From Octopus sinensis (taxonomy: Eukaryota), in NCBI RefSeq assembly GCF_006345805.1, contig NC_043009.1:50654001-50718000 (forward strand): DNA of 64,000 bases, given 5' to 3'. How positions within the stretch are numbered: position 1 is the first letter of the stretch; the number at the start of each line of letters is the position of its first letter. Shown here in pieces: positions 1 to 12,900 of this stretch. Under the pieces are notes generated by a model. That model had not been told where the DNA came from. It did not search any database and saw nothing but the letters and a program-made list of their open reading frames with translations. The translations under genes and the position numbers were made by a program.

Positions 1-231
1 TTATCCCCTTTTCTACTGTTCCTTACAAAAGTAAACTTTTAAAATATCATCGATACGTTACAAAATAACCGAACTTGATTAGGTTGATAAATGCGCGCAC
101 GCACACAAACACACACACACACACACACTGTACAGATGCAATGTGCATGCATATTCATGTCATGATACACTATGAACACATACACAGATTTCATTAAAGT
201 TTAGACATCCATAAAAACCATAAAGACTCGC

Positions 232-275
<44 letters not shown>

Positions 276-1309
276 CGTGAACACACACGCTCCCTCATAT
301 ATTACACATGCAAGTAAACACAAAAAAATTTAAACAGAAATAAGACATTGTTTAAAAAACAGAAACATCTCTCTCTTTCTCATTCTCACTGTCCCTTTTT
401 CTCTCTCACACATACTTTCCTTTTTCTCTCTCTCCCCTAAATTAAAATTAAAAATTTAAGCAAAGTCCAAGCATTGCTAAAGGATACTCTCAAGAGTCCT
501 AATTTGGAAGGGATTTTAACCTTTTTAAAATTTGGGTCATAATTAGAGGACATTTTTGGCATTCTAGACTAACAAATATTAATTTATGCTCTCTCCCTCC
601 CTCTCTCTCTATCTCCCTCTCTCTCTCTCTCTCTAAATTGTTATTTCCTAAAATGTTTAAAATTTAAAATAAGTTGTCTTTCGGTTATTCCCAATGTTCA
701 GATGGAGACTTAGCCATGACAGCAAGCCAGGGGACACACAGAATTGCACAGACAAAGGGAAAGGGCAACTGTCAGACGAGCATAGGCAATGTGGAATATT
801 TGACAAACATTTTTTATTCATAAATTTAAAACCAAAAAAAAAAAAACAAAACAAAATTACTTCATTTAATTTAACTATCCATGGGTCACAAATAAAGGAA
901 TCCACTGGGCACTGGGTAGAAAAACTGAATGTAAAATATTTTAATTATATAATGAAACTTGAGATGACACAAGGGGTGAATAGGAAGATGAAGAAACGAG
1001 AGAATAAATAAAACATAGTGAATGGGAAAACGGTAATGAAAAGAAATGAAAAAAAGAAATAATGGAATACTAAATGATATTGTTGAATTAAAATTTCAAA
1101 TATTGAAGAATATGCGAGATGAAAATGAATTTTATAAGCCAGAAGAATGTTGGACTAACAGCGAAAATTACGAGCGATTAATCACCAGTTTTAGCCTCAA
1201 GAGTCGCAGGTGACTGACATGGTAAGGTCAACTTACCAAACAGTTAATGGTTCGTGTTCTGCCAACAGTACCGTGGTATGCTATGTCCCTTTTTATTTTT
1301 TCCTGAACC

Positions 1310-1410
1310 CTAAGATTCATAAGGCGGACTACTCGGTTTCCATGACGTATAAGTAATCGAGATTATAGCATCCCCGGCTTAAAGGGATGCCGGCCCGTTG
1401 CAGTGTTCAA
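1310..1410 (-). mobile_element. Degenerate SINE central-domain fragment, V-domain-like
   Basis: Minus strand reads ctgcaacgggccggcatccctttaagccggggatgctataatctcgattacttatacgtcatggaaaccgag, resembling the V-SINE central domain as I recall it (GGCATCCC..GGGG..TCATGCTACGGAAACCGG). Recall-based. Confidence 0.35.
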
Positions 1411-1756
1411 GGCTAGCAATTTTGAGGGAGGAGACAAGCCGATTGACCCCTAGTACTTGATTGGTACTCTGAAAGGATGAAAGGCAAATTTTTTCTTCTA
1501 CAAGATTTAAACACAAAATGGAAAAAGAACTGCGGGTCTACCTCATTACCTGGGGTAGCAGTATGGTCTGTCTTTAGACATTTTTTAAAGCTGTTACTTG
1601 ACATTTGCAACATTTACACGTTGCGAGACGACTATCTCAAGATTAGTAGTAACTAAGTTTTCGCTACTACAGTGTTGATAGTACCAACATAAAGAAGTAA
1701 TAAACAACAACATCATTATGTTTGATTATGCTTCTATTTAGTTTTTATATGTGTGT

Positions 1757-2063
1757 GAGGGCGCGTGGCTAGGTGGTTAGGGCATTCGGATCATGATCGT
1801 AAGGTTGTGAGTTCGATTCCCGGCGACGCGTTGTGTCCTTGAGCAAGAACTTATTTCACGTTGCTCCAGTCACCAGCTGGCCAAAATGAGTTGTACTTGT
1901 ATTTCAAGGGTCAGCCTTGTCACACTCTCTGTGTCACGCTGATATCCCCGAAACTACATAAGGGTACACGTGTCTGTGGAATGCTCAGCCATTTGCACGT
2001 TAATTTCACGCTGTTCCGGTGATCGTATCAGCTGGGACCCTCGTCGTCGTAACTGGCGGAGTC
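1757..2063 (+). mobile_element. tRNA-derived SINE, family B (CORE-like domain)
   Basis: A box TGGCTAGGTGG, B box GAGTTCGATTCC, then gtgtccttgagcaag CORE-like segment; near-identical copy at 31673-31994. Confidence 0.85.
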
Positions 2064-2233
2064 GTAAAGAAGTTTTTATAGAATTAGTTTTCACACAAGG
2101 AAAAGGATAGCGGGTTTTCTATTATACCGGAAAATGAATAATGCGTTGTATGAGAGAGGTGTAAAATGGCCCAAGCAACTAACCAGTAAAATCATATAAA
2201 CAAATAAATGACTAAATAAATAATCGGAGAATA

Positions 2234-2636
2234 GGCGCAGGAGTGGCTGTGTGGTAAGTTAGCTTGCTAACCAACCACATGGTTCCGGTTTCAGTCCCAC
2301 TGCGTGGCATCTTGGGCAAGTGTTTTTTGCTATAGCCCCGGGCCGACCAATGCCTTGTGAGTGGATTTGGTAGACGGAAACAGAAAGAAGCCTGTCATAT
2401 ATATGTATATATATATATATGTGTGTATGTTAGTGTGTGTGTGTTTGTCCCCCTAGCATTGCTTGACAACCGATGCTGGTGTGTTTACGTCGCCGTCACT
2501 TAGCGGTTCGGCAAAAGAGACCGATAGAATAAGTACTGGGCTTACAAAAGAATAAGTCCCGGGGTCGAGTTGCTCGACTAAAGGGGGTGCTCCATGCTGG
2601 AGCACCCCCTTTAGTAAAAGAGTAAAGAGTAAAGAA
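2234..2636 (+). mobile_element. tRNA-derived SINE, family A, with rearranged 3' end
   Basis: Head gcaggagtggctgtgtggtaag..ggtttcagtccc, internal (TA)n/(TG)n, (AAGAGT)n-like tail; homologous to copies at 6273, 16092, 32821 and 51585. Confidence 0.9.
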
Positions 2637-3100
2637 TATAATCAAGGATTGAACTCGCTAATTTAGTAAAAGATCCTTAGAAGGTCATAGTGACATCGCT
2701 TCGAGAATATTCATTACAAACAAATCTTTAAAGACTTTTCCCCCTTTTTTTAAATTAAATAAATTCCACAAGACAGGAAGAAGGAGAAGAAAAGGAAAAT
2801 AAAGAACTTTTAATGCTGAAATCGCAAAATAAATAAAATAAAATATAAAAAAACCTGAAGAGATAATGGCAGGTGAGTGGGGGGGGAGAAAGAAGCCAAA
2901 ATGATGCCTATACTATAGCTTATATTTCACAGGTAGACGGAATTAGATTGAGTTGTTGACAGTGTTACTTAAACCTTGGAGCACACCTTTGGGCAGAGAG
3001 ACACGAAAAAGTAATGAAGGATATTGGTGGCGGAGATAATCCAAGGGTTAACTAAAATAGAAGTTTTATTTTTCTCCCTTGAATTTTCTATTTTCGCTAT

Positions 3101-3150
3101 CATTATTATTATTATTATTATTATTAATTTTATTATTATTATTATTATTA

Positions 3151-3202
<52 letters not shown>

Positions 3203-3213
3203 GTTATTATTAA

Positions 3214-3256
<43 letters not shown>

Positions 3257-3267
3257 GTTATTATTAA

Positions 3268-3307
<40 letters not shown>

Positions 3308-3330
3308 TTTATTATTATTATTATTATTAA

Positions 3331-3380
<50 letters not shown>

Positions 3381-3454
3381 TTCTTTCTATTTGTTTACAC
3401 TTCATTTGAAAACTGTCCTGGCAACAAGCAAAACACCGAAAAATGAATTCAATG

Positions 3455-3502
<48 letters not shown>
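3101..3502. repeat. (ATT)n then (AAT)n microsatellites
   Basis: Long ATT run about 3101-3380 and AAT run about 3455-3502; source of the poly-I/L ORF 3024-3446. Confidence 0.95.
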
Positions 3503-3505
<3 letters not shown>

Positions 3506-3797
3506 TAAAAGAAAACAGAAACGGAGGTAGGGTTTTAAGATTGATGCGTGTATGTGTGTGAGTATGGGTGATGATCAGTGTTTACATAACTTCTCTAGCT
3601 TCATTACCCTTGGCAATAATACGAAAGAAACATCAAGAAGTCCTAACCACAGATGTCTATTGCGAAGGCAAAGGGAAAAAAAGCACAAAAACAAATAAAT
3701 GTGTAGAGTGAGATTATGTGGTAAGCTATACAGGATAAAAAAAATTAAAGGAAAGCTATAGTATGAAAAGGAAAGGAACAGCATTGAAAACTCTCAA

Positions 3798-3801
3798 GGT
3801 G

Positions 3802-3832
<31 letters not shown>

Positions 3833-4439
3833 TGTGTGTGTGTGTGTGTACAGACACACACATTGTGAATGTGTATAAGTGTATGTGTGTGTGTGTGTGT
3901 ACACACACATACATATAAAGATGTATGCATTTACATATATATATACATACATCTATATATGCATGTATATATAGACATTCATATATTCATATAGATATAA
4001 ACATATATCTATATATATATATATGCATATACGTGTGCGTGTGTGAATGTATGTATGTATGTATGTATGTGTGTGTATGTATGTATGTGTGTGTGTGTAT
4101 GTATGTATGTATGTATGTATGTGTGTGTGTGTGTGTATGTATGCATGCGTGTGTGTGTATGTATGCATGTGTGTATGTATGCATGTATGTATCTATGTAT
4201 GTATGTATACGCACATACACACACGTGTGTAGACCTGCCTTTCAACAAAACACAAATATATAACCGAAAACTAAAGATGCAAAATACATGACAACTTGCT
4301 TCTGGCAAAATTTTCTCACTCAAGTTGAATATTTTATATTTTCTACATTTTATTTTATTATTATCCATCCGATTGTGCTTATATTTCTAAAATCACTGAG
4401 CAATAGTATTGAGCAACAATGTGTGTGTGTGAAAGAGAG

Positions 4440-4472
<33 letters not shown>

Positions 4473-4560
4473 AGGAGAGAGAGAGAGAGAGAAGGAGAGA
4501 GAGAGAGAAGGAGAGAGAGAGAAGAGAAGAGAGAGAAGGAGAGAGAGAGAGAACGTGCGT
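3798..4560. repeat. Compound (GT)n, (GTAT)n and (GA)n microsatellite block
   Basis: Direct reading; explains the many YVCM/HTYI/ERER ORFs. Confidence 0.95.
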
Positions 4561-5168
4561 ATGTGCGTGTATATCTGAGGGAGAGGAGAGTGTGTCTGTG
4601 TATTTTCGATTGAAACTTTCTGACGTTACTCGAAGTTTCACGAATATTCGATCATTATATATATTGACCTATAATGCAAAAATACCTTTATTCAAGATGG
4701 TGTATAGTTTAAATATATCCACAATTAGTGTTAGGATCGTCTTTGTACTTAATTAATATGCACTTCTCCCGCTTCACATAAAGAATAAAAGGAGAAAAAG
4801 TCAACCCCAGAAAAAAACGGATCTTATAACAAAACTGCAAGCCAACGTTAACAACGTACAAATTAAATAATAGCTAACTGGCTGCATCACAGGAACGAAA
4901 GAGAAAAATACTTTTAGTTATACTTCCGTTCAAAAAACTACAAAATTCAGGCCTTCAAATATATTCCTGTACACGTGAATTTTGAATTGCAAACTGGTTG
5001 AGCCAATCAAACGACACATGATGGAACAAAAAATTTATCTCCGGTCTAGGATATAAACATGTTTTATATTAGATCGAGATGGTCATCGAGTGGTCGAATT
5101 TTATTCATGAAAATTTAAGTAACGCCTGAAGAGAGCAGAAAAATATAATTCATTTTGTATTGAGTACT

Positions 5169-5583
5169 TGGATCTTTTCGGTTTGAACGGCAGTTTTTTC
5201 TAGCGGTGTCATATGAAATTGTCACCCATAATTATGACCCTAGTATCGATTTATTGCATTTCAATCTGTTTTAGGGTTAGGGGTGGGGAGAAGGGTATCT
5301 TTCTTCTTCAGAAATGTAAATAAACCCAATCTGTTTCTTAAACGAGGGACATATTCATACGGCACAGAATGTTTTCACCTCAATAGACGTCATTGATTGG
5401 TTGAAATTGCAGAAACTGAAGAAAAAAAAAACGAAAAATATCTTACAAACTATAGAATTTTTCTCAATAAAGCCAAGAGAAAAAGATGTTTTATAAACAC
5501 ATTCTACCAGTATACGAAGTTTAAAAGTGTTTAGTTACGTGGAAATTATTTTCAAAAACTGCCGTTCAAACCGAAAAGATCCG
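5169..5583. mobile_element. MITE with about 29-bp terminal inverted repeats
   Basis: Left TGGATCTTTTCGGTTTGAACGGCAGTTTT; right AAAACTGCCGTTCAAACCGAAAAGATCCG; AGTACT on both flanks (5163-5168, 5584-5589); truncated second copy at about 18194-18305. Confidence 0.85.
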
Positions 5584-6272
5584 AGTACTTTTTCTCTCTC
5601 ACTTTTACACACACACATACACATACACACAATGATACATGGTTTGGCTATTATCTTCGGTGAGACACATGTAAGATGACGTTATTAAACATAATTTATT
5701 TGTTTAACCGACTTTCAGTTTTGTTTACACACATATATGATGCATATACGTCTATCTCTCTCTCTTCCTCTCTTTCTAGTTAACTATTTATCATGAGATA
5801 AGTTATGGCTATGAGAAAGAAAAGGTAAATTTCAGTTGGTTCAAACTGTTAAACTACTTATGCAACAAATGTTATTTCTCAAAGAACTATATATGTAATC
5901 AAAAGGCTATCAAGAGATTTGAAACAGATAAATATCATGTCAGTTCGATACACGTTGACAGCAACAATTGTCTTTCTTCAACAATTACATTTCCTGTCAG
6001 TAGAATATTATTGAAAGACACTTATTAATCAATATTTATTTATTCAGATATGCAAATATGCAAATTAATTACTGATCCTTGATAAACAACTGCATGGATC
6101 TCAATTGAAATCACTTTTCTTTTCCTTTTTATTGACATTCATCGGTAAACGTAAAATAGAAAACCTTTATGCGATTGAAAAATCGCTAGAAATAGAAGCC
6201 AGATCTCACTAAAATCACATACATCCACCTTTAAAAACCACAATGGATGTTTTAGTCTTAAAATAGCTATAT

Positions 6273-6676
6273 AGACGCAGGAGTGGCTGTGTGGTAAGTA
6301 GCTTGCTAACCAACCATATGGTTCCGGGTTCAGTCCCACTGCGTGGCATCTTGGGCAAGTGTCTTCTGCTATAGCCCCGGGCCGACCAATGCCTTGTGAG
6401 TGGATTTGGTAGACGGAAACTGAAAGAAGCCTGTCGTATATATGTATATATATATATGTGTTTGTTTGTGTGTCTGTGTTTGTTCCCCTAGCATTGCTTG
6501 ACAACCGATGCTGGTGTATTTACGTCCCCGTAACTTAGCGGTTCGGCAAAAGAGACCGATAGAATAAGTACTGGGCTTACAAAGAATAAGTCCGGGGTCG
6601 ATTTGCTTGAATAAAGGCGGTGCTCCAGCATGGCCGCAGTCAAATGACTGAAACAAGTAAAAGAGTAAAAAGAGTA
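6273..6676 (+). mobile_element. tRNA-derived SINE, family A, full length
   Basis: Complete head-body-tail ending ggcggtgctccagcatggccgcagtcaaatgactgaaacaagtaaaagagtaaaaagagta. Confidence 0.92.
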
Positions 6677-6901
6677 TATCTGAGAAAAAAAGGTAACGGC
6701 CAAAATTCGAATGCTTTAAATAATACATACATGTTCATTCAATCTTAGGGTTAATCTAGGTCTAAACAGCAACTCCCCATTCTCTCTCTCTCTCTCTCTC
6801 TCTCTCCCACACACACACACCATATTTGATGGCATAAAAGACACCCAGATATATCAGACGTACAGGTATATTAGACGTATCCAAATTTTAGCAGTGAATA
6901 G

Positions 6902-7121
6902 CCTTTTAGCATTCAGGTTACTCTGTCAAATGGAACACTTAATTATTAACATTGATTCTAATGAATCATGCATTATCTCATAGCTTTGAGATTTTGGATA
7001 TGTGATTGTATATTTTTAGAAGGATGTTTAAGGTTGGCTGTGAGAAGTCAGATCTGACCGGTTCGATCATAAAACAAGTAGAATATTTGGGCCGGATATA
7101 GTCTATTTAAATGCTAAAGAA
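6902..7121. mobile_element. piggyBac-like MITE, degenerate
   Basis: Imperfect TIRs CCTTTTAGCATT / AATGCTAAAGAA with TTAA immediately right of the element; CCC..GGG ends with a TTAA target are the piggyBac hallmark. Confidence 0.5.
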
Positions 7122-7442
7122 TTAAAACTTATATAGAAGGCCCACTTTTGCATTTAGGATCCGGTGTGGGGTTTTTTTTTGTGTGTTTTGCACACTTTTG
7201 TAGGAAAAAAAGTGTCTTATACGCCATCAAATTCGGTTATAAACACGTACTTACTGCGCTAGCACGCGCGCACACACATACAGAGCCGGCGACCCGGGCA
7301 AGCTGAACTTCGGCTTGTACAAGCTGATGGTCGTGGAAATTTCCTTGTCCTTGTCACTCCCACCTTGGCGTCCCCTAGCATATGGCGCCCCGGGCGACTG
7401 TCCAAGTTGCCAGTACCTTGAATCGGTTCTCTTTCTATCTCG

Positions 7443-7490
<48 letters not shown>

Positions 7491-7517
7491 TATTATATAC
7501 ATATATATATTTCAAAT

Positions 7518-7710
7518 GTGACCGCGTGTGTACCGTTGGCGATTTTTTCCTCCGTCTTCCCTTCTTTGGATCTTTCCTTTTCCTCTGTTTCTGACGAAGA
7601 GCTCCGCTCAAAACGTTAAACCCTCCTTCTTTCCTGAGCATCCAATAATACTATACTTGTTCCACGTCCTCGCGTTGTTGTGCTTTCTCTTTGTGTTTTC
7701 ATGTTTGGAT

Positions 7711-7713
<3 letters not shown>
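7518..7713 (+). mobile_element. About 195-bp Penelope-like terminal-repeat element with minimal hammerhead motif (copy 1)
   Basis: Homologous to 21732-21927; contains GTTT-CTGACGA-AGAGC-tcc-GCTC-aAAA-CGT-T-AAAC at 7587-7621; followed by (TA)n. Confidence 0.65.
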
Positions 7714-7771
<58 letters not shown>

Positions 7772-8903
7772 ATATATTCACACACACACACACGCATTTA
7801 ATAATCCCTTGTCAGAAATTCCTAAATCTGATAACTTCCAAATTCTGATTTATTTTTCCAAAGGACAGGCCCCACAAAAGCAAAAATTCCAGAAAGCGCT
7901 TAGAAGATTATCTGAAAATTAGCCCGACGAGTTGTCAGCCGTCGTAAGTGACGTGATCTGCCCTGGGTTGAGTGAAAACGTAATACACGGATTTGTTTTC
8001 GATTAAACATGAAATGTTTTATAAGTAAAATTGTTATAAATGTAAAACTTGACAAGTGTCAAATTTATATAAAACTACCTCCACGTTCTATGGATGGACT
8101 CTTTTATGAATATAAAAACATAACATGTTTAAATTTAGATTCCATATACATGCTGTCCCTAATGTGCGGTTCGTGTCGATCCATAAGTGCTTTGGTGACT
8201 AGCGTCAAACGCACGAAAACTTGAAGCATGAGGAAAATAATGCCGTTTACCAACACAGTTATGACTGTGCACACATTTTAGCCGCTCTCGGCATTTCTTT
8301 TTGCTTTATCAATTTGCGATAGTGAGCAAATTATAGTAAAAAGCCAATTACTTATTGTAAGGTCGGCATATCGTTCTTGATTTCGAGTTATAACCACTCT
8401 ATTTATTTAATATCTGTCACATTTTAAGTTGTTGGTCCTATTTATAAAGACACGAGTATTTCATTCTTTCAACTGAGTGGCTTTTGTGTAACATAAGATA
8501 TCTAATTGTAAAACTTATTTTGTTGAATAATCAGAATCTGCAAAACTATTCAATTATTAGAAAGATGTCATTTTAATATACGCAAAAGAATAGAAGAAAC
8601 TCAGCTGTAGTTTGAATGTGAGACTATTAAGTGGTAAATACATAGCATTTCTTTCATTCTGTAATATACTTGAACCAATTACGACCTCGATCTATAGCCG
8701 GAAAAAATGTCGCTAATCATTTTGCCCGGCATGCTTAACAATTCTGGCAGTTGCCGCCTGAACACCGAGTTAATTTCCTTGTAGTATATAGTCACATCCT
8801 TTCACGTTCCGAATTCGATATTGCTTTGGTTGATATTTTGCCTCTCACCTCTCATTAGAATTTGTGGTCTCATGCGAAAGTTAGTAATCCTCATTTTTTT
8901 AGA

Positions 8904-9550
8904 AAGCGATTAGTTTGGCACAATAATAACCTGAAGAACAAAATAAAGATCAGCGTCTACAGGGCCGTGGTTCACACCACTCTTCTCTATGGCTCAGAGA
9001 CCTGGATCACTTACCGCAGTCACATCCGTCTCCTCGAGCGCTTCAACCAACGATGTCTCCGCACCATCCTCAACATACACGGGTGTGACTTCGTCACAAA
9101 CATTGAAGTCTTAGAGCGGGCCGAAATCCCCAGCATTGAAGCCATGCTACTGAAGTCCCATCTCCGATGGGCAGGGCATGTCTCCAGAATGGAGAACCAC
9201 CGCCTTTCTAAGATTGCCCTGTTTGGCGAACTCTCCACCGGCCACCGAGTGAGAGGAGCTCCAAGGAAGCGCTACAAAGACTGCCTCGAGAAGTCTCTCA
9301 CAGCAAGTCATATTAACCACTAGTGCTGGTCAGACCTGGCTGCGGACTGCGATGTCTGGCGCCACACGATCTTCAACGCGCTCAGCAAGTTTGGGGAACA
9401 AAGAAGAGACGCGCTTAAAGACAAGAGACGCAGGAGGAAGGCGCAAGCCGCCTCTGTCACCACACCGGATGTTACCTACGTCTGTGGACACTGCTCACGG
9501 ACCTACCTTTCCTATATCGGACTTGTCAGTCATGAGCGTGCATGCACGCA
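8904..9550 (+). pseudogene. 5'-truncated RTE-clade LINE, C-terminal ORF fragment
   Basis: Translation has YRAVVHTTLLYGSETW, LRWAGHVSRM, RGAPRKRYKD; in-frame TAG at 9321-9323, after which the frame continues to CGHCSRTYLSYIGLVSHERAC (zinc-finger-like end). Confidence 0.88.
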
Positions 9551-11087
9551 AAATAGTCCAGTATCAAACGAAGATGTTTTACGGCATCTTTTAATTTTGT
9601 ATTCAAATTCGGTTTGGAATAAACTTTGCCTTTTATTCTTCAGGTAGCAGCAGAAGTCAATATAATGATTACCAGTAATATGCTAAGGTTGATTCAATCA
9701 ACTGAGCATACGAATCCAACAAAACTGAACTTACGGATAATCAAAAGAAATCATTTTTACAAGTCTATACTCTTTACGTTGTTATGGGTTAAACGAGTTT
9801 GACCTGGGTTTCAAATGTTTTAGGAAACCAATTCAAGACAATAATTGGTTGATTCTTCTGAAAAAAAAAAAGGCTAAAAGAAGGAAAGAAAATATACATA
9901 AAAAATGTTATCGAATAAAAAAAATCAAGAGCTTTTATCTATTTTAGACAAATAGTGAAATACCAGTGAATGCAGAAATACAAGGAAGTATTGATTTCTA
10001 GGTAGAAATACTGGTTTAAACCCCTATTTCTTTAAACTACAATCAACAGTCTATGTTTTGTTAGCAACTACTTATCAAGGCTTTGTAGATGTTGATATTT
10101 ACAACTGGTTCTAAAAATATTTCCTCAGAATTGAAAATGTCAGCTTCCTTTTCCAAAGTCAAAGCAATTAGATCCTTAAAGAGTAAAATACTGGGAACAA
10201 AAAATCTTTTTTTAATATTTAAACAAATAAATAAAATTTGAAGTATTTTGTTGAAATCAAATAATTCTTAAATATAAGTAATAAAGACACATCTGATAAA
10301 AGTTACTTTTCGATAATAATCGTAAAGTGTATTATTAGAAGCGTACTTTTTTTTTTTTTTACAGTTCGAAAAGAAATTAAATTTTTCGAAATTTTTCCTC
10401 AAAGCACTTTCTCTTTAAAGTAAAAATCTGTGGTTCCTTAGAAAGATGATGAAATATTTACTGATGGTTGAAGAAAAGTGGTTATGTAAAGTGTGAACTG
10501 TTAAACTGGCGAACCTGATACATAAAGTTAAATCATAAAGTTTTGGGGGCTTTTTTTTAATCCCTCGGGTGATGGACAATGAAACAAGCATTAGGATGGC
10601 GTATTTGAATTTGAAGAGCAATCATCAACGTAGTACAAAATTTGTAAAGAAAACTTTAGCTTTGTTGAAATTTTCTCTACAAATTCTATATTGTGATTAG
10701 CATTCGGCACGTGAAGCAATTAAGATTACAGGTACCCATACGAATATGATACCCTTTAAATATGGAAATACGATATTTATTGTGGTATATAACTGAAAAG
10801 AGATAGAATGGAAGAATAAAATAAGGAGGAAAGCAAGAGCTTGATAAGTGAAAGAAAACGAAGAATGAAAGATCCAGTCAGATTGGCGAAATAGAACAAA
10901 AGCGCGAGGTAGCGATACAGGACGACAGAAAGAGTGAGAAGGAACTAATTAGAACTCCAGAGACAAAACGAAAGAAATAAGAGAGCGAGACGGAACGAAA
11001 GAAAGAAAGAGCTAGAGAGACGGAACAACATAGAACGTTAGAGAGAAAGAACATAGAATGCAAGAAAAACGGAAAGGAAAATATAGC

Positions 11088-11132
<45 letters not shown>

Positions 11133-12861
11133 GTGTGTGTGTGTGGTGTGTGTGTGTGTGTGGTGTGTGTAACAAACAAAATGAAAAATAAATAAAAATT
11201 ATGAAGAAAAAAAAGGCATCAAAAGTTGAAGGGGAAAAGTGAGATAAAAGAATATCTTCCACTGAAAAATGAAAATGCAAAATGTAAAAAGGACCACAAA
11301 AATGAAAAAATGGGGTGCAAAATTAATAGCATTTACTTCATACATAGACTACAGAGATGAAACAGCTACTGTTATCACCACCACCACCACCACCACCATC
11401 ATACATATTTTTTTCTTTTCCCCTCATTAATTCTAAATAATAAGGTAACCTGTATAGAAAAATAGAACCCTAAAGGATCTTTAAACGCACGCGTACATCT
11501 GTACGTACACACACACAAATCTGATTATATAAATACATATACATCTGTATAAATATATGTATACATAAATCTGTACACACAAATCTCAGATTGTGTATGG
11601 TGCGTGTGTGTGCCTGTAGAATGTATGTACGTGCTTGCGTGCTTGCATGCATACATCTGTATAAACGCATATATACACCTTTATATATATATATATACAG
11701 GTACATATCTGTATGCACACACAATTATTAAAAAAAAAGGGGGTGATTGGTAGGTGGGGGGGGGGGAAGAAAACAGCAGTAAGATATAACAAGTTCCTCT
11801 CGTTGCTAATAACATGGAATGCTAAGGGAGACACGAGCTTGTACATGCGAAGAAGGTAGAAAAACAAAGATTAAAGCGCAACAACTGCAAGAAGAGAACA
11901 ACAGCAACAACAAGAACTGTTGCTATTACTACTGCTACTACTGCTACTGCTGCTGCTGCTGCTGCTGCTGCTACACCTTCAACAAGGTAAGAAGGAAAAG
12001 ACAAAAAAAAAAAGACAAGTACAAAGAAGAAAAAAAATACACAGAAAGAGTGTGGAAGGCAAGACAAGACAAAGAAGGAAAAACAAGAAAAGTAGGAGAA
12101 AGCAAGAGTCTCCCAATTTTGAGTCGGTGGGATTAAGGGAAATTCTATTCCAGAGTGAGTCATCAAAAGTTGCCCTTTGGGAAGTAGTAGAGATATTCGA
12201 AAGACAACAACAGCAGATAGGAGAAAGAAAGAAAGAAAGAAGCAAGACAAGGTAGTAATGGTGATGGTGGTGGTGGTGGTGGTGGCGATGATATTGGTAA
12301 CGCAACACCAGCACCGATGATTGTGGTGGTGGTGGTGGTGGTGGTGGCGATGATATTGGTAACGCAACACCAGCACCGATGATTGTGGTGGTGGTGGTGG
12401 TGGTGGTGGTGGTGGTAATGGTGATGAAGGTAATGGTGATGAACAGTTTGGGTTGGTGGGGGGTATCCAACAAGTTGCCGTATCTTCTTCGTTTCGTTTC
12501 TAAGGAGATGCGAAAAGCAGAAAAACAAAAAAAAAAAAACAAAAAAAAAAATCAAAATAAAGTCTGAACAATGTCAACTTGTTAGATCTCTTAGAGTGAG
12601 TGGAAGCTAAGAGATTTTCCTCATTATCATTATTATTTTATCGTCATTTATTAATATCATTCATTTTATGATAACAAACAGAACCACCACCATCAGCATC
12701 ATTATCACCAGTATTCCTCCTATGAAGCAATACAAATGCGTACAATGCATATATCGCTATGTGTGCATATCTTTGAATGAAGGCGTATATGTGTATGTGT
12801 CTTTGTTTCTATGTATGCATAATCATTGTATAAAATTTAACACGTTTGAGTATAATTGTTA

Positions 12862-12900
<39 letters not shown>

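Noticed and set aside
1757-1830. tRNA gene (also heads at 27207, 31673 and 53565)
   Set aside because: A and B boxes are present but there is no closed acceptor stem, and each head continues into a SINE body.
3024-4641. Poly-I/L, YVCM, HTYI and ERER ORFs (same for 13129-13707, 44382-44800 and 59508-59796)
   Set aside because: Translations of microsatellites, which lack stop codons in some frames.
6139-6728. Recurrent peptides such as [31 protein letters not shown] and [13 protein letters not shown]
   Set aside because: Antisense translations of SINE family A, recurring at each copy; not a gene family.
7211-7420. Possible Tigger/pogo TIR end and GC-rich Harbinger-like MITE piece
   Set aside because: Only one end of each is visible, with no TSD; too weak to call.
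11819-12567. His/Thr/Pro/Cys-rich ORFs of 105-187 aa
   Set aside because: Built from trinucleotide microsatellites and a 60-bp tandem duplication (about 12270-12415); no splice signals or domain.
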